A stretch of 50,700 bases of DNA. Source: an uncultured bacterium. GTDB lineage: Bacteria > Actinomycetota > Acidimicrobiia > Acidimicrobiales > SHLQ01. The notes under the pieces are model-generated. The model ran no database searches. It had not been told where the DNA came from and saw only the letters and a program-made list of their open reading frames with translations. The position numbers and the translations under genes were made by a program. Below are positions 1-9,375 of the stretch, piece after piece. Location: positions 1-50,700 of the forward strand of contig CBERPN010000002.1 of assembly GCA_965524675.1 (NCBI GenBank), given 5' to 3'. The stretch's first letter is position 1, and each line of letters starts with the position of its first letter.

Positions 1-251
1 GCAACTGGAGGCTCACCCGCCCATGGCATCAGGCGCTAATCACAGTGCCATCTTTGTTCATCGGAGGAAGCGCGGACTTTGTTGTGCAGTCGGCAGACCA
101 GAGCCTTGGTGACAGGGCCGACCCGATGGGGGAGCGTTTCACCGATTTTCGAGGGTCGGTTATCATCGACGGTGCGGGTCATTGGCTTCAACAAGAAGCT
201 CCCTACCAAGTGAACACTGCAATACTCGAATTTCTCAGCGACGTAAACTAG
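1..251 (+). CDS. alpha/beta-fold hydrolase, C-terminal fragment (5' end lies outside the window)
   Basis: The frame of ORF 45..251 stays open back to position 3 with no stop. The C-terminal motif GAGHWLQQEAP (catalytic His region) and the preceding FIGGSADF are typical of epoxide-hydrolase/dehalogenase-like alpha/beta hydrolases. Confidence 0.6.
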   Translation, partial: NWRLTRPWHQALITVPSLFIGGSADFVVQSADQSLGDRADPMGERFTDFRGSVIIDGAGHWLQQEAPYQVNTAILEFLSDVN

Positions 252-269
252 GCCCGGGCACCGGCACCA

Positions 270-1448
270 CTAGCTGTCCTCAGACTCGCGGTAAATGTCG
301 CTGCGATATAGGGCTCGCACAGCCAAGACGTCGCGTACCTCGTCGGCCGCTTCGGCGAAGAACTCGTCGCGATAGCTGCTATCGGTTACCAGCGACACTG
401 CGAACTGAAGCGCTGAGAAGGCAGCGATAAACCCCGAGACGGCTAGCAACTCCCATGTGAGTGCCAATGAGGAGCCGAGAAAGTTTGTGCCATAGATGAC
501 GCTTTGATCGAAGGTCTGTGTGGTCAGTCCCGTCCATTGAACGATCGTTTCTTCTCGAACTGTAAACAGTCCAAAGACCACGTAGAACACGCCGATTACC
601 ATGGCTACGAGCAACACCTGTGCAGCCTGTCTCACAAATAGCAGGGCGCCGATGTTGATTCGGTCGACCCGTCGGAGCGGGTCAGTGGCGGGCGGATCCG
701 CTAGCCAAGGCCGGTCCAGCTCCGCTACAGGCGCTCCACTGGCGTAGGCCCGTTCGGTAATCTCATCCCAAGAGTCGAACCCAGAGAGTGAAGCGGTCTC
801 CGATGGGATTCGAAACGCCAAGAAGGCGAAGGCAATACTGCCGAGCAAGCCCACCGATATCGCGTAGTAGCCGCGACTGAACTCGTGAGCGACTTGCCAC
901 ATCTCGGCGTTCAAGAACAAGAACGTGGCAAAGAGCAGCAGCAACGGCAGGGATCGAAGCATGAGTCGCCCAAGGCCTCCCACCTCGCGCGCGATCTGGG
1001 CCGCGCCCGTCCGGAACATAGGTACCAACCCAAAGCTCACAACCACGTAGGTAGCGGTGAGGATTCCAAGGTTTAACAAGCTGAGCAGTACAAAGCCCGA
1101 CGCTCGATGGGTGCCGAAGAGCAGTGGTAGTAGTGCTGGGCCAAACAGGAACAGACCCACCTCCAGTGCGCCAATATCGTCCGGAAGCGCGAATATGGAT
1201 CGGCCTCGAAACCGGTTTAGCAACCCCACCGCTGCGAGCAAGATTGCGATGGCGCCGAGCAGAACCGCGAACTGTGCCCAGCCCTTGAAGCGGTCACCGA
1301 AGCTAGCGGTCGCTTCGAGAAGGAACACGAGGCTGAGCAGCGGAGCGGCGCGAGTAAGAACATCGGTGCTCGCCGAGTAGTTGTGGATCGCGTGCGGAAG
1401 GCCCTGCTTTACGAACCAATGCTCAACGTCGTCGAAGTCTCCCATCAA
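270..1448 (-). CDS. integral membrane protein of unknown function
   Basis: 392-aa ORF with many hydrophobic helices and no recognisable catalytic motif. It is divergent from polA. Confidence 0.6.
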   Translation of the reverse strand: MMGDFDDVEHWFVKQGLPHAIHNYSASTDVLTRAAPLLSLVFLLEATASFGDRFKGWAQFAVLLGAIAILLAAVGLLNRFRGRSIFALPDDIGALEVGLFLFGPALLPLLFGTHRASGFVLLSLLNLGILTATYVVVSFGLVPMFRTGAAQIAREVGGLGRLMLRSLPLLLLFATFLFLNAEMWQVAHEFSRGYYAISVGLLGSIAFAFLAFRIPSETASLSGFDSWDEITERAYASGAPVAELDRPWLADPPATDPLRRVDRINIGALLFVRQAAQVLLVAMVIGVFYVVFGLFTVREETIVQWTGLTTQTFDQSVIYGTNFLGSSLALTWELLAVSGFIAAFSALQFAVSLVTDSSYRDEFFAEAADEVRDVLAVRALYRSDIYRESEDS

Positions 1449-1513
1449 GTAAGTATCCGCTATTGGCCAGCAACTATTGGCTTCGAGCCGACGAGGGAGT
1501 GATTACTCTAGGT

Positions 1514-1913
1514 CGTGCAGGCCGTTCGGGGCCACGGAGGCCGTCGCGGCGCGCAGCACTGTTTCGGGTCTCTGAGCTTTGGCGTGCCGGTCAGGGTGCA
1601 GAGCGTGGCCGTGTTGGTGATGATTGGTGTCTGATACGTTCGTCATGCCTGGCTCTACAAGCGATGAGCCAGGGTGCGTGGCCAGGTGTGAGGGACGTGT
1701 CTGACACCACCCGGTGGGCGGATTAGAGACGCTTGATTAGGGACGTGTCTGACACCATTCGTGCGTGCCGCCATTCGCTTCGCTGTCTCGTGCGTGGCCG
1801 GGGAACGCCAGTAAGCAACGCGCTGTAGTAGCCCGCCGCGCCAGCAAGGGCGAGTTTACAAAGTAGAGAGAAATAGCGAAGCGCCGGAGCCGGAGGCGGA
1901 GAAAAAGTAATAG
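1514..1913 (+). repeat. interspersed mosaic repeat, copy A (modules L, X, long hairpin, duplicated GATTAGGGACGTGTCTGACACC end, 94-nt R module)
   Basis: Aligns by eye with 10438-10804 in the same orientation. Its R module (1820-1913) matches 9376-9469 in reverse. The 36-nt end recurs at 31881-31916 in reverse. It fills the divergent intergenic gap and ends 10 nt before the polA start. Confidence 0.8.
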
Positions 1914-1923
1914 CCTTCGGCGG

Positions 1924-4605
1924 GTGGCTAAGAAGTACATGCTTATCGACGGAAACTCGCTTACTTATCGGGCGTTTTTCGCGTTACCTACCGACATGGC
2001 GACCGCTTCGGGGCAGGTTACCAATGCTGTGTTTGGGTTCACATCGATGCTTATCAACCTGTTGCGAGACCATCAACCCGACGGTGTAGTGGTGACTTTC
2101 GACCTGCCCGGTCCTACCTTTCGCCATAAGCTGGTCCCTACCTATAAGGCAGGGCGCGAGGCCGCACCCGACATTCTTCGCCAGCAGATGGGACTTGTTC
2201 GCCAAGTGGTCGAGGCACTCAAGATGCCGATCGTCGACATGGAGAATTATGAGGCCGACGACATCATCGCGACTTTCGCCACCGAGCTTCGCGACCGGGC
2301 CGACGATGTCATTATCGTCACCGGCGATCGCGATAGCTATCAACTCGTCGAAGACCCGCATATCAAGGTGTTGTACAACATGCGAGGCGTGTCCGACTAC
2401 GCCCTTTACGACGAGGCCGGCATTAAGGAACGTACCGGGGTTAGTCCAGCCGACTATGTGGCTTATGCGTCGATGCGAGGAGATAAGAGCGATAACCTGC
2501 CGGGGGTTCCGGGAGTTGGCGAGAAGACCGCTGCCAAGCTCATCAACACCTACGGCGGAATCGACGGCATCTATGAGCATCTTGACGAACAAACCCCCAA
2601 GCTTCGCGAGAATCTGGCAGCTAACGAAGACAACGTCCGGTCGAACCTAGAGATGATGAGGTTGCTACGCGACCTCGATCACGGCCAAGATCTCGATGAG
2701 CTCGTGATGGGTGATGTCGATATCGAAGAGGTCCGGACCCTTTTCGAGTTCCTAGAATTCCGCTCGCTGTTCGACAGACTCAACGAAGTGCTCGATGGTC
2801 GGCTTGGCGAAGACGCAGGAACCGCCGAGGTGTTAGAGGCCGAGCTTTACGAGGTCGAATCAAGTTCCGAGGCGGTTTCGCTTCTTGCCAAATTGAACCA
2901 AGACACGACGCCGTTGGCGATGGCCGAGGGGCAAGACGATGCCAGCGGAGGTTTGGCGATCGTCACCGACGGTGCTGGCTGTGAGGTGTCATGGTTGCGA
3001 GCTGACATCGTCAGCGATCCGGAAGTAGTCGATTCGCTGCGAACCCTCACAGGTGCCGAAGGTCGTCCACTCGCGACCCACGATGGCAAGACGCTCACCC
3101 ACACTTTCTTAGATTTGGGCATCGATCCGCGGTCGTTGAGTCTCGACACCATGTTGGCTGGCTACCTGCTGGACCCTGCCGAGGCGCGGTACCTGCTTGC
3201 AGATCTGCTGCGCCGCTATGCCGACTTCGAGTTCCCTTCCGATGATGAAGAAGCTATTGCCGAAGGACAACTCGATTTCGACAATCTCGACGTGGACGCC
3301 ACGTCGCCGGCGCAAGAGGCCGCACGGCGCGCTCTTGCCGTAGATCGGCTGATGCGACCAATGGCTGCTGCGCTCGACTCGCAGGGCCTGACCGAGTTGA
3401 ACGAGACCATCGAGGTTCCACTGGTCAGGGTCCTTGCAAAGATGGAGAACCTCGGGATTGGGGTCGACCGAGCTGAGTTGCAAGCGCTGCGCGATCAGCT
3501 GGCTGCCGATACCGACCGGCTACGCCAAGCTGTTGTCGACGATGCTGGCGAGGATTTCAATGTCAATTCAACCAAGCAGATGCGCGAGATACTGTTCGAG
3601 AAGCTTGAACTCACACCGCAAAAGAAGACCAAGACTGGTTACAGCACCGACGCGGCGTCGCTGGAAAAGCTAAAGGGACAGCACCCCATCATCGAACATC
3701 TGCTCGAGTATCGCGAAGTCGAGAAGCTGCGCTCAACCTACGGCGAGGGGTTATTGGCGGCTGTCGACGCCGACGGGCGGATCAGGGCAACCTTTAACCA
3801 GACCGTGGCGCGCACGGGGCGGCTCAGCTCCGATGCCCCGAACCTGCACAACATTCCGGTGCGTACCGAGGCTGGAAAAAGCTTCAGAAAAGCGTTCGTT
3901 CCGGCCGAGGGCTTCGAGTTTTTGATCGCCGACTACAACCAGATCGAACTGCGCTGCATCGCGCACTTAGCCGAAGATCCGGGCCTGATCGCTTCGTTCG
4001 AAGCGGGAGACGATATTCATAGCGCCACCGCGGCCCGAATCTTTGGCGTCGACGCGAATGAGGTAACAACCGAGCAGCGCTCGAAGTCGAAGATGGTTTC
4101 CTACGGTCTGGCATACGGTATGGAGGCGTATGGTCTAGGGCAGCGCCTCGCCATACCCACAAGCGAGGCGAGCGAGATCCTCGATGCCTACTTCGAGGCC
4201 TTCCCCGCGGTCAGCTCATATATGGAGCAAACAGTCAAGCAGGCCCGCCAGCGCGGCTACACCGAAACGCTTTTCGGTCGGCGTCGTCAGATTCCCGAGC
4301 TAGCGTCCAGCAACTTTAGAATTCGTCAAGCTGGCGAGCGTCAGGCCATGAACGCAGGTATCCAAGGCCTAGCTGCCGATATCTTTAAGGTGGCTCTGGT
4401 CCGTCTCGACGAGCAGCTCGAACAGCGGGGACTGAAATCGCGAATCATTTTGCAGGTGCACGACGAAGTGGTTGTTGAAGTGCCGCCCGCCGAACACGAC
4501 GCCGTGGAGCAGTTGACGACAGACGTCATGGCGCAGGCTTTTGATCTGCGAGTGCCGCTAGAAGTAAACCTCACCTTCGCCCAGACATGGGCCGACGCGA
4601 AGTAG
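1924..4605 (+). CDS. polA: DNA polymerase I (5'-3' exonuclease + degenerate 3'-5' exonuclease + polymerase domains)
   Basis: 893 aa. The N-terminus LIDGNSLTYRAFFA marks the 5' nuclease. Pol A motifs present are RIRATFNQTVARTGRLSSDAPNLHNIP, DYNQIELR and QVHDE. The start is GTG 1924, with ATG 1939 as an alternative. Confidence 0.97.
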   Translation: MAKKYMLIDGNSLTYRAFFALPTDMATASGQVTNAVFGFTSMLINLLRDHQPDGVVVTFDLPGPTFRHKLVPTYKAGREAAPDILRQQMGLVRQVVEALKMPIVDMENYEADDIIATFATELRDRADDVIIVTGDRDSYQLVEDPHIKVLYNMRGVSDYALYDEAGIKERTGVSPADYVAYASMRGDKSDNLPGVPGVGEKTAAKLINTYGGIDGIYEHLDEQTPKLRENLAANEDNVRSNLEMMRLLRDLDHGQDLDELVMGDVDIEEVRTLFEFLEFRSLFDRLNEVLDGRLGEDAGTAEVLEAELYEVESSSEAVSLLAKLNQDTTPLAMAEGQDDASGGLAIVTDGAGCEVSWLRADIVSDPEVVDSLRTLTGAEGRPLATHDGKTLTHTFLDLGIDPRSLSLDTMLAGYLLDPAEARYLLADLLRRYADFEFPSDDEEAIAEGQLDFDNLDVDATSPAQEAARRALAVDRLMRPMAAALDSQGLTELNETIEVPLVRVLAKMENLGIGVDRAELQALRDQLAADTDRLRQAVVDDAGEDFNVNSTKQMREILFEKLELTPQKKTKTGYSTDAASLEKLKGQHPIIEHLLEYREVEKLRSTYGEGLLAAVDADGRIRATFNQTVARTGRLSSDAPNLHNIPVRTEAGKSFRKAFVPAEGFEFLIADYNQIELRCIAHLAEDPGLIASFEAGDDIHSATAARIFGVDANEVTTEQRSKSKMVSYGLAYGMEAYGLGQRLAIPTSEASEILDAYFEAFPAVSSYMEQTVKQARQRGYTETLFGRRRQIPELASSNFRIRQAGERQAMNAGIQGLAADIFKVALVRLDEQLEQRGLKSRIILQVHDEVVVEVPPAEHDAVEQLTTDVMAQAFDLRVPLEVNLTFAQTWADAK

Positions 4606-4611
4606 TAAAGA

Positions 4612-5370
4612 TTGGCTGGCGTAAGCGCAGGCTCTCCACACTGGTTTGAGGGTCTTGCCGATCACATGGGAGAGGCGTACCTGCGGTATTCATTTACGCG
4701 GGGTACCAATCAGGAAGTCGACTTCCTAATCGAAACAATGCAGCTTGAACCGGGCGATCGCGTGCTCGATGTGGGCTGCGGCCCCGGGCGCCATAGTTAC
4801 CGTCTAGCTGAGCTAGGGATGAACGTATTGGGAGTGGATATCTCCCAAACCTTTGTAGATATCGCTACCAAAGCAGCACCTTCGAGTGCTCGCTTTGAGC
4901 GAATGGATGCCCGAACGATGAATTTCTTCGAGGAGTTCGATGCCGCTATCTCGTTGTGCCAAGGGGCGTTTGGTTTGGTTGGCGGACCTGGTTGTGATGT
5001 GTCTGCACTCGATCCCGATGGCGAGGTACTGACAGCGATGAGCCGTGCGCTAAAACCTGCGGGCAAGTTGGCGGTCTCGGCCTTCTCAGCCTATTTCCAG
5101 GTCAGGTTTTTGGAGGAGTTCGATAGCTTCGACGCCGATCTTGGGGTCAACCACGAAGTGACAGCGGTAAGGGATTTGCCGGGCATCGAGATTGAAGCCG
5201 AGTTGTGGACTAGCTGTTTCACCCCTCGAGAACTAAGACTCTTGGCGAATCACGCTGGGTTGACCGATTGGCGAATCTGGTCGGTTTCGCCGGGCTCGTT
5301 TGCGGCCAGAGCGCCCAATCTGGAGCACCCCGAGTTCTTGCTGATGGCAAGCAAGGATCTTAAAGGGTAG
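4612..5370 (+). CDS. class I SAM-dependent methyltransferase
   Basis: Motif I is VLDVGCGPGRHS, followed by the acidic loop VLGVDIS. It lies 7 nt after the polA stop. The start is uncertain (TTG 4612 or ATG 4669). Confidence 0.8.
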   Translation: MAGVSAGSPHWFEGLADHMGEAYLRYSFTRGTNQEVDFLIETMQLEPGDRVLDVGCGPGRHSYRLAELGMNVLGVDISQTFVDIATKAAPSSARFERMDARTMNFFEEFDAAISLCQGAFGLVGGPGCDVSALDPDGEVLTAMSRALKPAGKLAVSAFSAYFQVRFLEEFDSFDADLGVNHEVTAVRDLPGIEIEAELWTSCFTPRELRLLANHAGLTDWRIWSVSPGSFAARAPNLEHPEFLLMASKDLKG

Positions 5371-5390
5371 TGCGTCTGACATTGCTGACT

Positions 5391-6047
5391 TCAACGGTGA
5401 GCCAGGCTGTGTATCCACTCCCAGCAGGCGTCGATCTGGGGTTCGAGGTCCTCGACTAGTCCGGAATTATCGATGGTGAAGTCAGCTAAAGCCAGTCGCT
5501 GCTCGCGCGTCGCTTGATTCGCTATCCGAGCGCGAGCGTCGTCGTCGCGAAATCCTCTGAAAGCGACTAGTCGCTCTACAGCTATTTCGGCGGGAAGGTC
5601 GACCACGATGATGGCCTTTAGGTGCCGGTACTCAGCTCGCTTGCTGTCGCCGTTCGCGTCGACGAGCAGTGGAATGTCGTTGATGACGACGCTATCGGTG
5701 CCTTTGAGCTGATCGCGTCTCTGAGCGATTTCAACAGCAACCGGTGGATGCACAATGTCGTTCAGAGCGGTCAGTTCGGACGAGTCGCTAAAGACGATGC
5801 TTGCGACAGCTTGACGATCGAGTGGAAGGCCTGCTTTTGGCGGCGACTCTCCGGTCGGAGACATGTCGCTGCTTAGGATCCTCTGACCCCACCGTTCGAC
5901 CATCGCTCGATAAACCGGTGCGCCTGGCTCTTGTAACTCGCGCACGATCTGGTCGGCGTCGATGAGCACCGCACCTTTGTCGACAAGAAGCTGAGCGACG
6001 GTTGACTTTCCGCTACCGATGCCGCCGGTGAGTCCGAGTTCAAGCAT
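5391..6047 (-). CDS. coaE: dephospho-CoA kinase
   Basis: The N-terminus LGLTGGIGSGKSTVAQLL.....VLIDADQI is the P-loop and signature of CoaE. At 218 aa it is slightly long at the C-terminus. Confidence 0.92.
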   Translation of the reverse strand: MLELGLTGGIGSGKSTVAQLLVDKGAVLIDADQIVRELQEPGAPVYRAMVERWGQRILSSDMSPTGESPPKAGLPLDRQAVASIVFSDSSELTALNDIVHPPVAVEIAQRRDQLKGTDSVVINDIPLLVDANGDSKRAEYRHLKAIIVVDLPAEIAVERLVAFRGFRDDDARARIANQATREQRLALADFTIDNSGLVEDLEPQIDACWEWIHSLAHR

Positions 6048-6166
6048 GGCTGCAAGCTATCCCGAGAACAGCTCTGGGGCTAACACTTCGGTAATTCTTT
6101 GACGTGCTGCTCGGGAATAGTGGCTGTTCAATTTGACGGGCGCCTGGTCGATAGGTCATACGGACC

Positions 6167-8086
6167 ATGTGTCGCATGGGTCGCGCCCACTTCAAGGTGA
6201 AGATGACTAACGAACATCCCGAACACGAGACTGCTGAGCACGACGACCAATATGGGTTGCCGTATGCCGTCGATGATCAGCCGGTCGCATCTATCGAAGA
6301 TGCACAGCGCCTGCGCCAACCGCGGCCGTGGCGCTCGCGATCGCTCTTGCGGGGCACCGGAGACGGTGCCAACCAGCGCGAACCGACCCGACATGGCTTA
6401 GCCAACGAGCGTCGCGACGACCGTGTGGCAGCCTTTCGTCCCGCAGTCCTTGCAATTCGGTGGGGCACTGCGGCCGTGTCGCTCGCGCTGGCGATTCCTT
6501 CTTTCTTAGCTCCCGCTTGGATCACGGTGGCACTGTGCCTCGCACTATTTGTATACACCGTCGTGAGGACGGTGTACCCGATCCGTTACACAGATGAGAT
6601 TCGGGGATCGGTACTCATCTTTACCGAAGTTGCGTTCCATGTGGCAGCGATCGTGGCGACCGGAAAATGGGAGTCTCCGTTCGTGTTTTCGTTGCTGACA
6701 GCGGTAATCGTCGCCGGATTCGCACGTGGCTTTGTGTTCGCGCTGCGTATCGGGGGCGTTGCAGGCGGTTCGATCAGCCTTGCCGCCATCTTTGGAAAGA
6801 ACGCCTCAGAGGTCGACCTGCTCAACGCCGTGCAGTGGACCATAATCTTGTTGTTGGTGGCCTTGGTTGCCGGGTACTCCCGCCGGATCTCAGGCGAAGC
6901 CGACCGGCAGCGAACGCTGGCGCTAGATCGTTTGGAACGGCTCTCTGACGCCAATGCGCTGTTGTTCTCCCTTCACCGAATAGCCCAGACCTTGCCAGCG
7001 TCGCTCGACATGGCCGAAGTTCTCGACACGACGATGGCCCGGCTTCGTAGCCTGTTCGACTTCGACGCGGTTGTATTGCTGCTCTTTGACGACACCGACG
7101 CCATGTGGCAGGTGCTCAGAAGGGAAGGAGTCTCGGGGCCGAGCCGCCTTGGGCCGACCGAACTTCCCGCTCCGTTGATGCGGGCCATGGCGCTGAGCAG
7201 ATTGGTTCACGTCGATGATCTCCACAACGCTGGTGGGCCCGGATTGGCTAGCGGCTCGCGGTCGGGGCTCTATTCGGTGTTGGAAGCACGCGGCTCTGTG
7301 ATCGGGCTGTTGGCTATCGAACACAGAGATCCGAACCACTTCACCGAGCGCGAGATAGAACTGCTCGACGGCTTCATCGACCCGGTAGCGCTTGCGGTCG
7401 ACAACGCCCGCTGGTTCGGTCGGCTCCGTACAGTTGGAGCTGATGAGGAACGAACCCGTATCGCCCGAGACCTGCATGACCGAATTGGTCAATCGCTCGC
7501 ATACCTAGCGTTCGAACTCGACCGCCTGGTGGCCAAAGACGAACGAGGAGAGCCGCTCGCAGAAGCTCTCACGAAGCTTCAAGGCGACACTCGAATGGTG
7601 ATTGGAGAGGTTCGCGACACTCTCTATGACCTGCGAACAGACGTAAGTGACTCGGCGGATCTCGTCGAAACCCTTGAAGCGTTCTCGGATCGAATTCGCG
7701 CCCGCTCGGACTTGGAGATCACGATCACCAGTCAGGACAACGGAAAGCGCCTACCGATTCGTCAGGAGCGGGAGATGTGGCGCATTGCTCAGGAGGCATT
7801 GGTCAACATTGAGCGCCACGCCGAAGCCAGCGCAGCTTTGATTCATTGGAGATGTGACGGCGAGCGAGCCGAGTTGACGGTTGTCGACGACGGAAAGGGC
7901 TTTCCGATCGGGGCGGGTCGAGTCGACAGCTACGGCATCATGGGAATGCGCGAACGTGCATCGAGCATCGGCGCCACTCTCGAGATCGTTAGCGAGCCCG
8001 GCGAGGGAGCGTCGCTGACCTGTGCTCTCACTCCTGCCGACCAGCAAGGCAAGGGGCGGCCAGCATCAATCGCTGCCCTCAAGTAG
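6167..8086 (+). CDS. membrane sensor histidine kinase (N-terminal TM bundle, GAF-like domain, HisKA_3 dimerisation/phosphoacceptor, HATPase_c)
   Basis: The H-box is EERTRIARDLHDRIGQSL (HisKA_3, NarL-class kinases). The ATPase N/G boxes are EALVNIERHA, VVDDGKGF and GIMGMRERA. There are about 5 hydrophobic helices between residues 95 and 240. An alternative start is ATG 6203. Confidence 0.85.
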   Translation: MCRMGRAHFKVKMTNEHPEHETAEHDDQYGLPYAVDDQPVASIEDAQRLRQPRPWRSRSLLRGTGDGANQREPTRHGLANERRDDRVAAFRPAVLAIRWGTAAVSLALAIPSFLAPAWITVALCLALFVYTVVRTVYPIRYTDEIRGSVLIFTEVAFHVAAIVATGKWESPFVFSLLTAVIVAGFARGFVFALRIGGVAGGSISLAAIFGKNASEVDLLNAVQWTIILLLVALVAGYSRRISGEADRQRTLALDRLERLSDANALLFSLHRIAQTLPASLDMAEVLDTTMARLRSLFDFDAVVLLLFDDTDAMWQVLRREGVSGPSRLGPTELPAPLMRAMALSRLVHVDDLHNAGGPGLASGSRSGLYSVLEARGSVIGLLAIEHRDPNHFTEREIELLDGFIDPVALAVDNARWFGRLRTVGADEERTRIARDLHDRIGQSLAYLAFELDRLVAKDERGEPLAEALTKLQGDTRMVIGEVRDTLYDLRTDVSDSADLVETLEAFSDRIRARSDLEITITSQDNGKRLPIRQEREMWRIAQEALVNIERHAEASAALIHWRCDGERAELTVVDDGKGFPIGAGRVDSYGIMGMRERASSIGATLEIVSEPGEGASLTCALTPADQQGKGRPASIAALK

Positions 8087-8196
8087 CTGCGTTCTACGAC
8101 AGTCGCCCCTTGAAGCTCTAATGACCCAGGCCGTTCGACCGATGGATGGGTGCCCCCGCCCCAGGCGGATGCGTCCAACAAAGAGGAATTTCCGAC

Positions 8197-8841
8197 ATGA
8201 ACATCAGATTGCTGATCGCAGACGACCACAGAATGCTCCGGGAAGGGCTGAGTCGGTCAATGTCGGAACAAGGTTTTGAAGTCGTTGGTGAAGCACGCAA
8301 CGGCGCAGAGGCTGTCTCATACGCCACGAAGCTTCGTCCCGACGTCATCCTCATGGATGTCACAATGCCCGAAATGGACGGTGTCGAAGCCTGCAAGGCA
8401 ATCCGTGCAGAACTACCCGACATGGCAATCGTGATGTTGACCATGCACGCTGACCAAGAGATTCTCACATCGGCGATTCGAGCTGGAGCCAGCGGATACC
8501 TCGTCAAGGACTGCTCGACCGAAGAGATTGCCGAGGCGGTGCGAATGGCCGCTCGTGGCGACACAGCGCTCTCACCCCAGCTCGCGGCCTCAATGCTTGA
8601 CGAGGTTCGCCGGCTAGACCAGCCTTCGCCCGAAGCTGAAAGAGTCGTGACCCGTCGCGAAGAGGAAGTTCTTCAACTCATCGCAGACGGTTGCTCAACC
8701 CCTGAGGTAGCCGAGCAGCTGTACATCAGTCAAAAGACGGTGAAGAACCACCTGGCGTCGATCTACCAGAAACTCGACGCTCGTGACCGTACCCAGGCAG
8801 TCCTTCGGGCTGTTCGTATGGGCATTGTTTCCTTGAACTAG
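8197..8841 (+). CDS. LuxR/NarL-family response regulator (REC + LuxR HTH)
   Basis: MNIRLLIADDH...DVILMDVTMPEMDG forms the receiver acidic pocket. The C-terminal HTH is REEEVLQLIADGCSTPEVAEQLYISQKTVKNHLASIYQKL. The internal ATG 8197 is preceded by AAGAGGA at 8181-8187. Confidence 0.9.
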   Translation: MNIRLLIADDHRMLREGLSRSMSEQGFEVVGEARNGAEAVSYATKLRPDVILMDVTMPEMDGVEACKAIRAELPDMAIVMLTMHADQEILTSAIRAGASGYLVKDCSTEEIAEAVRMAARGDTALSPQLAASMLDEVRRLDQPSPEAERVVTRREEEVLQLIADGCSTPEVAEQLYISQKTVKNHLASIYQKLDARDRTQAVLRAVRMGIVSLN

Positions 8842-8871
8842 TTGGACCGATAGATCGTTGGAACGCCGACC

Positions 8872-8905
8872 GGCGGGGGCTATTGCCTCCGCCGCTTGTC
8901 GTTTT
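8872..8905 (+). terminator. candidate intrinsic terminator after the response regulator
   Basis: Imperfect GC hairpin GGCGGGGGC-tatt-GCCTCCGCC followed by gcttgtcgTTTT. Confidence 0.4.
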
Positions 8906-9030
8906 GGGCGGCGGTGGTCGTGTCATCAAGTGGGTCGAGCATCCGACCCTGCCTGGGTCAGGCCATCGCCGAAACGGGGGGAAGTCAAACGCACTAACGG
9001 GAATGAGCCGAATCGCCCATACAGAAATCT

Positions 9031-9060
9031 GGTGATGTCACCGATCAATTCAGTGACACA
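9031..9060. promoter_or_regulatory. inverted repeat upstream of flp (candidate operator)
   Basis: TGTCAC (9036-9041) and GTGACA (9053-9058) are separated by 11 nt. They overlap a second near-palindrome, GGTGAtgTCACC (9031-9042). The site is about 55-80 nt upstream of the flp ATG and directly downstream of a NarL-type regulator gene. Confidence 0.25.
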
Positions 9061-9110
9061 CAGTAAAGCCCGCAGAGTCGGGACGATCCTCCTAGGGAGC
9101 AACAAATAAT

Positions 9111-9299
9111 ATGATTACCCAATACAATTTCCTCGCAACATGGCTCAAGGCTCAGGCTAAGAGTGAACGAGGCGCATCGCTCGTTGAGTACGCCCTTCTT
9201 GTGGCCCTCATCGCCGTTGTATGTATCACCGCAGTGACCATGCTCGGAAGCAGCGCTTCTGACAAGTTCAGCGAGATCAGCTCGGCCGTCGACAACTAA
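9111..9299 (+). CDS. flp: Flp-family type IVb prepilin
   Basis: 62 aa. The leader ends in the Flp processing motif G/ASLVEYALLVALIAVV (GxxxxEY) followed by a hydrophobic helix. The RBS AGGGAG is 11 nt upstream. Confidence 0.85.
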   Translation: MITQYNFLATWLKAQAKSERGASLVEYALLVALIAVVCITAVTMLGSSASDKFSEISSAVDN

Positions 9300-9324
9300 G
9301 TCGACTGCGCAAGCAATCTAAACC

Positions 9325-9362
9325 GAAACTACCGGCCCGAAAGGGCCGGTAGTTTCTGTTTT
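9325..9362 (+). terminator. intrinsic terminator of flp
   Basis: Perfect 14-bp stem GAAACTACCGGCCC / GGGCCGGTAGTTTC with a GAAA loop, followed by TGTTTT. Confidence 0.75.
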
Positions 9363-9375
9363 AAGGTGTTGTTGA

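Noticed and set aside
8858-9109. 83-aa ORF filling the spacer upstream of flp.
   Set aside because: It has no RBS and an Arg-rich, atypical composition, and it runs through the candidate terminator. It is more likely untranslated leader or promoter DNA for flp.
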